From Pelagomonas calceolata (taxonomy: Eukaryota): 64,000 nucleotides of DNA. The DNA lies in NCBI GenBank assembly GCA_918797485.1, contig CAKKNE010000001.1, positions 2,356,001 to 2,420,000 of the forward strand. The letters are read 5' to 3'. The notes beneath the pieces were generated by a model that saw nothing but the letters and a program-made list of their open reading frames with translations, did no database searches and was not told the DNA's origin. Position numbers and translations under genes: made by a program. Positions 1 through 9,224 of this stretch are shown here, in pieces. Every line of letters starts with the position of its first letter. Position 1 is the first letter of the stretch.

Positions 1-1321
1 AACTACGCCTGCTCAAGTTGGAACGGATCAAAGACTATTTGCTCATGGAACAAGAATTTATTCGGAACCAGGAGGTCTTCAAGCCCCACGAGGAGAAGGA
101 TAAAGAAGAAAGGGACAAGATGGAGGACATCCGCGGGAGTCCCTTAGCGGTCGGTTCATTGGAGGAGATGATCGACGACACGCGCGTGGTCGGCGTCCTT
201 GATATACATATACTTGATACATACATACATACATACATACATACATACATACACCCATGCGTTCGAGTGGCGCCGCGCGTCGATGGCGTGGCGACGCGAC
301 GCCATCGACGCGACGCCGTCGCCGCGACACCGCCCATCATACATACATACACAGGCACGCCATCGTCTCGTCGAGCGTCGGCCCCGAGTACTACGTCTCG
401 GTCATGTCCTTCGTGAACCAAGACTTGCTCGAGCCGGGCTGCTCCGTACTGTTACACAACAAGGTCATGGGCGTAGTAGGTATCCTGTCGGACGACACGG
501 ACCCGATGGTGAGCGTCATGAAGGTCGACAAAGCCCCGCTCGAGAGTTATGCTGATATTGGCGGTCTAGAAACCCAAATCCAGGAGATCAAGGAGGCGGT
601 GGAGTTACCGTTAGCGCATCCCGAGCTTTATGAGGAGGTCGGTATCAAGCCCCCGAAGGGTGTTATCTTGTATGGGGTCCCCGGTACCGGTAAAACTCTC
701 CTAGCCAAAGCTGTCGCGAACCAGACCTCAGCTACCTTTTTGAGGGTTGTCGGGAGCGAGCTCATCCAGAAGTATTTAGGGGATGGCCCGAAGCTCGTGA
801 GGGAGCTTTTTAGAGTCGCTGATGACTTATCTCCTACGATCGTGTTCATCGACGAGATCGACGCGGTCGGTTCGAAGCGCTATGATTCGCAGTCGGGCGG
901 GACGCGGGAGATCCAGCGGACGATGCTCGAATTGCTGAATCAGCTCGACGGGTTCGACGAACGAGGCGACGTGAAAGTCATCATGGCGACGAACAAGATC
1001 GAGAGCTTGGATCCGGCTCTGATCCGGCCGGGGCGCATCGACCGGAAGATCGAGTTCCCGCTGCCGGACATCAAAACGAAAAGACACATCTTCAACATCC
1101 ATACGGGTCGCATGTCGCTCGGCGAAGACGTGGACCTCGAGACCTTCGTCATGGCCAAGGACGAGCTGTCCGGTGCGGACATCAAAGCGGTCTGCACGGA
1201 GGCTGGTTTACTGGCGTTGCGAGAGCGTCGGATGAAGGTGACGCAGGACGACTTCGTCAAGGCCAAGGAGAAGGCGCTGTACCAGAAGAAGGGCAACATC
1301 CCCGAGGGGCTCTACATCTAG
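1..1321 (+). CDS. RPT2: 26S proteasome AAA-ATPase regulatory subunit 4 (5' partial; exons <1-181, 355-1321)
   Basis: [15 protein letters not shown]-terminal region, Walker A GVPGTGKT, Walker B FIDEID and C-terminus EGLYI. The frame change is resolved by a GC-AG intron 182-354, giving [21 protein letters not shown]. Confidence 0.97.
182..354 (+). mobile_element. GC-AG intron with introner-like palindrome and (TACA)n microsatellite
   Basis: Donor GCGCGT and acceptor ACACAG restore the RPT2 frame. Contains GCGTCGATGGCGT...ACGCCATCGACGC and a TACA run at ~217-253. Confidence 0.8.
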
Positions 1322-1824
1322 GCTGGGGTTTAAGTCGGGGTTTAGCTATCGCGGGCGCGTTCTACTGAGACGGAAGCTGCTGTATGGAAGGCCCGCGCCC
1401 GCCGCCCACTAGTCCTCGCACCGCGACGGCAAATACAAGACCGGGCCGAGGCGTGGGCCCATGGGCTGAGGGCCGCGGCCGCGGAGTTAACCGAAGCCCC
1501 AAACGGCCGCAGGGCCCAAGAGGCGTCCGGGAGGCGTCTCCAAGGAGCTAACGGACCCGCGGAGGCGTCCGGCACTAGACTCAACGGTCGGATCTCGTGT
1601 GCGTGGCCCATCTTCGGCGTGATCGCGGCGCAATTGTGAATAAGGCCGGCTGCGCGGGTGCCCGTGGCTGCACCGTGCAGGTCTCTCGCGCGAACGGGGC
1701 TGCGTCCGCAGCGCATAGGTCGCGTGCGCGTACTTTGGGCTGCCTCCGTGCAAGCCGGGACAGCTTGGGTTGAGCGGGCGAGGCGGGCTGAGCGGGCGAC
1801 GAGGAGCCGACTCGCGGGGCAGGG

Positions 1825-3660
1825 ATGGCGCTGGCGGACGCCATCGCCCAGGTCACTCCCCTCGAAGCGCCGCGCACGCTGGGTCGCGTGTCGCCCGCGT
1901 CGGGCCGCGCGAGCCCGGTGCCGACGCTCGAGGACTTTGCTGTCTTGTGCGAGGTTGGGAGAGGCGCATTCGGTAGAGTCGTATTGGCGCGATGCAAAGC
2001 TACCGGTGATCTGAGAGCGTTGAAAGCCGTCCCGAAGGTGCGCTTAGTAACAGCGGGCTCCGATGCCATCCGGCACATGCACGACGAGGCGGCCATACAA
2101 CGTAGCATAGATCACCCCTTCGCTTTAGCCTTGCGAGGTGCGTTCCAGGACGACACTACGGTATATCTAGTTACGGATCATTGCCCTGGGGGTACTTTGC
2201 ACGCTGTACTAGGACGGTTTGGCCGATTAGATGGAGACTTAGCGACCTTCTACGCGGCGCAGCTCGTAGACGTCTTGGCCCACCTCCACACGCAGGACGT
2301 CGCGTTCCGCGACGTCAAGCCTGAAAATGCCCTTTTAGATGAGAAGGGCTACCTTCGGCTGGCGGACTTTGGACTAGCTCGTAGAGTTGATGGCGATGAT
2401 GGTAGATGTCGCACGCGGTGTGGCACGCCGCTCTATGCGGCGCCGGAGGTCATTTCTGGCCGATCGCACGGCAGGCCGGTCGATGCGTGGGCCCTTGGGT
2501 GTGTTATAGTCGAAATGCGCACGGGTCGGCCGCCCTTCGTCGGGTCTACGGTCTCGCAGGTCGAAGCGTTAGTTTTAGAAGCGGATCTGGGTTGGTTGGG
2601 TCAGCTCGATGATCCGGTCAAGGGTCTTTGTAGATTACTATTAGCGAAGAAGCCGGAGAATCGGGCCCGGTGCGCCGCCGCGAAGTTGCATGCGGCCTTC
2701 TCTTCTATTGATTTCGCTCAGTTGCGAGAGAAGCAGACGGTAGCACCTTACTTACCGGATACGGCTCGAGACGTATTGGGACCCGGGACCCCAACGCCGA
2801 AGGGTTCAGACGCCTCCTTTTCTTCCTTCGCGTCCTTCACGACGCTGAATGACGAAGGCAGCCCGAAGAAGCCCATTCGCCGCAATAGATCTGCTGGTTC
2901 CTTGGACGCGCTCGCGGCGCTCATGCCGTCGCCGCGGAGTCGCAAGTTTGCCTCGATGGATTGCTCGCGAGGCGCCGCGATGAACTCGCCGAGACGCGTC
3001 TCATTAACCCCGACGATGATCGACGAAGCCCCGAGACGGCCCTACAAGCCGCGGCCGCCGTCGGCGCCGCGCGAACGCAGTTCGCTGAGACCGAGCAAGT
3101 CCATGTCTTCGTTCGCGCCTTTGGTGCTGGCGGATACGACCGACTCCTTGCCGGCCGTGCGCCCGTCGCCGCGAAGGCCCAAAGCCGCTTGGGATCAATT
3201 CGAGGAGACCGGAGATGATGCCTGTAGGCCGGGGCCGTCGTTTCCCGACGTGCGCGTGCGGTGCCTGGAGCACGACGCGTGCGCGGGCGAGTGCTCCTAC
3301 CACGTCGGCGCGGCCCTGTCGAAGAACGTGGGCGACTGTCCTTTACTGTTTGCTACTCCTGAAACTTCTTCCTTGGTCGCGGCGCGCTGCTTGACGCGGG
3401 CACTGCCCGACTCTCCGCGCGACGCCGGCACGCCGGTGCACTGGGGCGCGCGCGGCTTCGGCGTCGTGGTCTGTGCTTCTAGCAACTGCCCGGACGCGGT
3501 CCGCTGCGCGGCGCGCCGCCGCCGCGTCGCCGAAGCCATCAAACGGGCGCCGCCCGACCAACCCTGCGCCTGCGTCGCCGGCGCCTGCGACGCCGCGGGC
3601 CTCGCCCGTGCGTTCGCGCGCCTCGACGGCGACGAGTCGCTCTGCCGCATCTGCGGCTGA
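1825..3660 (+). CDS. AGC-family (PKA/PKG-like) Ser/Thr protein kinase with long C-terminal extension
   Basis: GRGAFG, ALK, FRDVKPEN, DFG and CGTPLYAAPE motifs, plus an AGC C-tail (IDF...APYLP). Confidence 0.9.
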   Translation: MALADAIAQVTPLEAPRTLGRVSPASGRASPVPTLEDFAVLCEVGRGAFGRVVLARCKATGDLRALKAVPKVRLVTAGSDAIRHMHDEAAIQRSIDHPFALALRGAFQDDTTVYLVTDHCPGGTLHAVLGRFGRLDGDLATFYAAQLVDVLAHLHTQDVAFRDVKPENALLDEKGYLRLADFGLARRVDGDDGRCRTRCGTPLYAAPEVISGRSHGRPVDAWALGCVIVEMRTGRPPFVGSTVSQVEALVLEADLGWLGQLDDPVKGLCRLLLAKKPENRARCAAAKLHAAFSSIDFAQLREKQTVAPYLPDTARDVLGPGTPTPKGSDASFSSFASFTTLNDEGSPKKPIRRNRSAGSLDALAALMPSPRSRKFASMDCSRGAAMNSPRRVSLTPTMIDEAPRRPYKPRPPSAPRERSSLRPSKSMSSFAPLVLADTTDSLPAVRPSPRRPKAAWDQFEETGDDACRPGPSFPDVRVRCLEHDACAGECSYHVGAALSKNVGDCPLLFATPETSSLVAARCLTRALPDSPRDAGTPVHWGARGFGVVVCASSNCPDAVRCAARRRRVAEAIKRAPPDQPCACVAGACDAAGLARAFARLDGDESLCRICG

Positions 3661-3723
3661 GCGCCCTATCTGTGCTCTGCCGCATCTGCGGCAGAGCACG
3701 CTCTGCCGCGTCCGCGGCTGAGC
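3639..3723. repeat. Three ~24-bp hairpin-forming repeats overlapping the kinase stop codon
   Basis: GCTCTGCCGC(ATCT/GTCC)GCGGC(T/A)GAGC at 3639, 3674 and 3700. Confidence 0.8.
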
Positions 3724-4023
3724 AAATTATCTGTGCGGGCCTCCGCGCCCAGTCCATCGTTTACCCTCGATCCATCGACACCCGTAAGGAACATCGCGCT
3801 ACCCGCGCGCGCGTGGGGTGTCTCTCAAAATGCGCCAAACTTTAGTTAGATGGCCTGTGTCGTCGGGCGCGTGACGTGGGCGGGTAGGCCCGAGGTGGGA
3901 TCGATGTACAAGACGCGGGCAGGTAGGCCCAATGTTCTGGATCGATTGCGAATTCCGGCGGCTGCATGGACAGGAGGGAGGATCGATGGTGAGGTGCCGG
4001 GAGGATAAGTGATGGACAGGGCG

Positions 4024-5369
4024 TCACGTCTTGACGCGGCCGAACTTCTTCATGATGCGCTCGATGGGCGACCTGCGCGGAAAGTCCTCCACGCCATCGA
4101 GCAGACGCAGTGATTCGATTTCCACACGGTTCGCGACGGCATCTTGCACAACTCGTTGACGTTCGTATTGCACAAGTCGTTGACGTTCGTCTCAGGCGCC
4201 GCGACGACGATCTGCTCTTCCCGCGGGTTCTGACTGATCCGCGTGATGCGCTGGCGCCGCTGTAAGGGTTTGGTGGGAGAACCCCCGGGACCGAAGGATC
4301 GGCGCATCTTGTCGTAGGTCATCCGCAGCATCTTCGAGTGGCCATTCGGCGAGGTCTGCATGAGATCGAAGTACTCCATCTGGCAGACGTCCTCTATGGA
4401 CATTCGACGGTAGGGCTGCAACTCCAGGATTTTGTCCAACAATAGATACAAGGGCGAGGGCGCGCACTCCGTGCAGCCCGCTTTGACTTCTTGAACCGCG
4501 ACGTGGATCGCACTTCGAAACTTGTCGTCGTTCTTCAGCTGGTCGTAGGGCGGGCACCAGACCTGCGAGAAGGCGGCATGCCCCAAAAGCATCTCGAGCA
4601 TGACGCAACCGAGGGACCACACATCGGCCGCTCGGCCGTCGTAGGACCCATCCAACAAAATCTCAGGGGCGAAGAAGCATGGACTTCCGACGAAATCCGT
4701 CAGGTTCTCTCCTGAACTGACGTCGGCACAGAGCCCGAAATCACATAATTTAACAACTCCTCTTTTACAAGGGTCGTCGTTCTCTTCTAGCAGTGACCAG
4801 TCGCCCGGTTGCCCCACGACCAAGATATTTTCTGGTTTCAGGTCTCTATGGGCTACTCCATTAGCATGACAATGTCTCAATCCAAGAGCCGCGATGCGCA
4901 TCACGGACTTCACGACGTCGTCCGGGCACCCATCGGCATATTCATGTGAATCTAGGAACGAGTACAAATCCCGGTCGCCCTTCTCCAGCACGATGTAGAG
5001 CATACTTGGTGATTGAATAACATCATACAACCGCACGACAGCTCCATGACTTAACTTCTTCATACTCGCAACCTCGGTATCAACGCGCTTAATATTTCGC
5101 TTCGCCTTGTGGAGTTGGGCGTGCCTTTGGACGCGGGCCTTCTTGATGGCCTTGAAGGCGTACTTTTTTGCAGTAGCTCTATTTGTCGCTTCTTCACGCT
5201 TGATGCACTCGTAGACGTTAGCAAATTCTCCTACTCCGAGCTTCCTCGTGAGCTGGTAGGCGCCGATCTTCGCGTGTTTTTGGGTGATGGGCTGCTCCTC
5301 CAACTCCGGATCAATTGGTGGGAGGGCAGCGCAGGTCGTCCACGTCGAGAGGAGGGCGCTGCTGGCCAT
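4024..5369 (-). CDS. CAMK/SNF1-like Ser/Thr protein kinase (probable short 3' intron ~4073-4140)
   Basis: LGVGEFANV, HRDLKPEN, DFG and APE motifs. Putative last exon SPIERIMKKFGRVKT* follows a CGCAG acceptor. Confidence 0.88.
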
Positions 5370-6264
5370 CGTCTCGTGACGCCGCCGCGTCCGGTGTACT
5401 GATTTTTTTGCCTGAGGATGGCTGCCGTGTTTAACGAGCGAGAGGCGAGCTCGAGAAGCGCCTGCTGGTTCTAAGGAGGACGCTCAGTCGTCGCGCAACG
5501 TCGTGCTCCCGGAGCCCTTCGAGAGTCTTCGTCACTGGCTCCTGGCGACCGGAGCGGCCGTCCCGGCGACGGGAGGCTGCCCTTCGGGGCGCTGCGACGA
5601 GCTATGCCGGCGGTGCACGCGTCGGTGCAAAAACGACGCCGGCGCCGGGCGCTCCCGGCAGTGACACAGACGTACACTGTAGTTGCCGGCAACAAGCCAA
5701 CTTTATTTTGGTTTTTTTTTGAGTCAGGATCCGTTGAGTGCCGCCCTTGACGCGCCGGCGCCGGCGCCGGTGAGACGTCCATTGCGCTGCGCAGAGACGC
5801 CTACGTCGGGGTCGGGCGGCGTGGCTCGGCGGGGTTGCTCCGAGCACGGGCCGCGTTCGACGTCCGTATACACATGTACTTACACACAACCAAAAATTTC
5901 GCGCGGCGAGCGCCATCATCGAGCCGCCGACGCAGTCGCGGGTGGACGTGGCGCCGACGGCGTTCGCCCGGGACCGCCTCGCGGCCGGCCAGCGAGTCCT
6001 CCGTCCTCGACTCGACGACTGGCGTGGACGACTACTTCCCTCGGGCCTCCCAACTGTCACACGGAGCAGTGGTCCCTCCCTCCCGCACACGTACACGGTC
6101 AGAACCGCCCGCTAAGTCGGGTGTCACTCTCGGTCGAACGCGCATTCCTTAATTCTCAGAGAGCCAGGGTCGCTCGTCATAATCCTCCGCGCGTGATAGG
6201 TAAGCCGGGGTCGCTTCCTTCCTTGTGTCTTCTTGGTGGGCACGTCTTGTGGCCGCGTCTACGT

Positions 6265-7609
6265 CTAGTACCGGCCGCCGCCGCCGCCGTAGCCGCCCCC
6301 GCCGCCGCCGTAGCCACCGCCACCTCTCCGGTCGTCGTAGCCCCCGCGGCGATCGTCGCCGCCGTAGCCGCCGCCGCCGCCACCGTACCCGCCGCCGCCG
6401 CGGCGGTCGTCGTAGCCGCCGCCGCCGCCGCCGTAGCCCCCGCGGCGGTCGTCGTAGCCGCCGCCTGTATGGACACGGTCAATCATCGCTCTCATTGCTC
6501 TCTCGATGGCGCCATCGACGAAGACGCACCTCGGTCGCCGTAGCCGCCCCCGCCGCCGTAGCCGCCGCCGCCGCCGTAGCCACCTGTGGACACCCAGAGA
6601 GTGAGCACGAGCGATGTACAGCTCAGTCGAAGGCACCTCCCTGATATCAACAATGCTACGGACCGCCACCACCACCATAGCCGCCACCACCGTAGCCGCC
6701 GCCGCCGCCATCGTAGCCGCCCCCACCGCCGTAGCCGCCCCCACCGCCGTAACCACCGCCAAAGCCGCCGCCGCCGCCGCCCTGCTGCTCGTGGAATCCG
6801 CCTCTTACTTGGTTCGCGCGGTCCTTGCCCCGGCGATCATCAAAAACCTTGAGGTACGTCACGCGCGCGCCCTCGGCGAGCGCGTTGCCGTCCATGATGC
6901 TGGACACGTGGCAGAAGACGTCCTCCTGCGGTGGGGATTGTACCGTCAGACCATGAACAACTCCGACGGGACTCGAACCCGCAACCCCCAGATTCGAAGT
7001 CTGATACGCTATCCATTGCGCCACGGAGTTGTGTGTGTTGTGGTGGAGGAGCAGGGGTTTGAACCCTGGGCTTTCCGCATGCAAAGCGGACGCTCTGCCA
7101 CTGAGCTACACCCCCTTCACAAATGTATGGGACACTGGCCGCGGTACGGAGCCGTCGTCGGGCTTGATGAAGCCGAAGCCGCGCGGGTTCCAGCGGAGGG
7201 CCACGCCCGTCGAGTGGCCCTCGGGCGCCGGCCCGGGGTCGCCCTGCGGGCCGCCGGGGCCGCCGGGCTCCTCGGTCGAGCCGCCGGTCACGTTCTGCGC
7301 GCGGTCGCGGCCCGAGCGCTCGTCCTGGCCCTTGACGAAGCTGACCTTGGCGCCCTCGACGAGGCAGTTGCCGTCCTCGATGGCGGAGACGTGGCAGAAG
7401 AGGTCCTCGCCGCCGTCGTCGGGCTTGATGAAGCCGAAGCCGCGCTGGCCCTGCCAGCGGAGGGCCACGCCCGTCTGCTTCTCGCCGGAGGCCCCGCCGC
7501 CCCCGCCGCCGCGGCCGCCGGAGCGGCTGCGCGAGCGGGAGCGCGAGCGGCTGCGGCGGCGCTCGCGCGAGCCCGAGCGGGAGCGGGATCGGGATCTAGA
7601 CTCGCCCAT
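6265..7609 (-). CDS. RS-repeat + two cold-shock domains + Gly/Tyr/RGG-rich RNA-binding protein (exons 7609-7148, 6925-6664, 6583-6530, 6464-6265)
   Basis: Starts MGESRSRSRS. Two CSDs with RNP1 GFGFI and RNP2 (L/V)FCH. Three GT-AG introns keep the frame into GGGYDDRRGG repeats. Confidence 0.9.
6958..7030 (-). tRNA. tRNA-Arg(TCG), intronic
   Basis: Full cloverleaf: acceptor AACTCCG/CGGAGTT, anticodon loop CTTCGAA, T arm GCGGG-TTCGAGT-CCCGT. Confidence 0.95.
7044..7115 (-). tRNA. tRNA-Ala(TGC), intronic
   Basis: GGGGGTGTAGCTCAGTGG...TTTGCAT...GGTTCAAAC. G3:U70 alanine identity pair is present. Confidence 0.95.
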
Positions 7610-7996
7610 GGTGTTTTGGCACTGCTGTTTTGGCTGGCGCGGCTTTGGTGAAGCTGCGCGAGGCAAAAATAGCTTGGCAGCGATTGGAGGCCCAAAATCT
7701 CCGATTTTGGCGCGCGCCTGGATGCAAGATCTATCCGTACGATCGTGCCAGCAAAGGTCCCGCATGAGGCTGTGAAGCAGGATTTTCCAAAACGCGCTTC
7801 GTGCGGGGGCTGAGAGGATGGCCCAGCTTTTTGATGGGAGGCGCTGGGCCCTGGGCACGCTGCCCGGACCACATAAAAGCGTACAGGCACCGTCCGAGCG
7901 CGCGTCGGACGCACACCGGACCGGTCCAGCGGCGTCGAAGCCGACGCGTCGCGTGAGAGGCTGCCCACCACTCCCAGCCAAGGGAGAGCAAACGCC

Positions 7997-8923
7997 ATGG
8001 CCATGGCCCGCCCCCGCTCCCGCGTCTTTGAGAGACCCTCGTCGAAACAACGGGCCATCACGCCCTCGTCCAAAGAAATGACACCAGCACAAAAAGAAAA
8101 AGAGAAGGAATTGATGGCAAGGGTCGGCAACGAGTGCTTCGAGCACGTGAAAGGGTGCTGCGGCACGCACATCTACGCGCACCAGAAGGCCACCGCGATT
8201 AATTTATTGCTGCACCATGACTGGCTGTGCGAACTGAGGCATGCCATGCGACCTAGACGAACCCATCTAGGCTTCACCGCCGACGCCTTCGCTCACATGC
8301 GGCAACGGGACTCGTTGCTCGATTCACCACCGAAGAACCCGCCGCCGGTCGAGGAGGCGTGGCGGCCGGGCACCGCTCCCCGGTTCCTAGCCGAAGGTAT
8401 CGTGTGGCCTCAACACATACGACCGGCGACGGCCGTCGCGGAGGGCGAGCCGCCCGACGACTGGCCCCAGTTCTGCAAGGCGTTCTGCATCACTATTAAA
8501 GAGGGCACTCGGGCCCAACATCTCAGGTTGTTGTTTGAAACTTATGCGCGAGAGCAGCCTGGCGCCATTTCCCGAGAAGAAGCTCGCGATGTGTGCCTGA
8601 AGCACGTCCACCGGTCGGGACGCGTGGAGGAGCGCCCGGCGAAGAACGCTGTGTGTGCTCAAGAACTTGTTGAGGATTTCGACAGTGTCTCAAGGGAGGG
8701 CTTCTTGGATTGTGTCGGGTTTGAAGAATTGTGGAGAAGGCACATGCGCGTCTACAAGCAGCTCAAGATTGACGTGTGGTGCCTGCTGCAGGACCTCGGT
8801 CGACGGGACGCCGCCGAGCGCGCGGTCATGCGGCGGCCCTTCGAGCAGAAGAGGCGGGACGCCTGGTCGCTCATCGACCGGAAGATGGCCACGGACGTGG
8901 CGAACTTTAAGGATACCTTGTGA
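7997..8923 (+). CDS. Hypothetical protein (possible degenerate EF-hand region)
   Basis: 308-aa ORF with coding-like codon usage, divergent from the CSD gene. Start could be at 8038. Confidence 0.6.
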   Translation: MAMARPRSRVFERPSSKQRAITPSSKEMTPAQKEKEKELMARVGNECFEHVKGCCGTHIYAHQKATAINLLLHHDWLCELRHAMRPRRTHLGFTADAFAHMRQRDSLLDSPPKNPPPVEEAWRPGTAPRFLAEGIVWPQHIRPATAVAEGEPPDDWPQFCKAFCITIKEGTRAQHLRLLFETYAREQPGAISREEARDVCLKHVHRSGRVEERPAKNAVCAQELVEDFDSVSREGFLDCVGFEELWRRHMRVYKQLKIDVWCLLQDLGRRDAAERAVMRRPFEQKRRDAWSLIDRKMATDVANFKDTL

Positions 8924-8929
8924 TTATCT

Positions 8930-9106
8930 AGTCGCGCGTCGATGGCGTTTGGCTCCAGTACTAGTCCATCTAGTCCGACCGAGTCGCGCGTGACGCGTCG
9001 ATGGCGTTCGGCTCCCTGGCCGTGTGGCTGGGGCAGCGTCTTACGAGCGGTCGGCGCCGACTCCGCTGCTGGACATAGTGTGGAGCTCCACGCCATCGAC
9101 ACGACG
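8930..9106. mobile_element. Introner/MITE-like palindromic sequence between convergent genes
   Basis: Two GCGTCGATGGCGTT copies and a complementary CACGCCATCGAC. Confidence 0.55.
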
Positions 9107-9224
9107 TTGCATCTCCGACTCTCCGTACTAACTGCGCCTGCTCCATATCGCGTTGAGATTCACGAAGGTCGTTGACGAACTGACTTGGTATAATTTAGAG
9201 AGGGGGAAAGAAGGCGCGTCCCGC

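Noticed and set aside
18..416. Frameshifted RPT2 pseudogene
   Set aside because: A GC-AG intron at 182-354 restores an intact frame.
6614..7775. Long + strand ORFs over the CSD/tRNA locus
   Set aside because: Shadow ORFs. The minus strand explains the sequence with CSD motifs and tRNAs.
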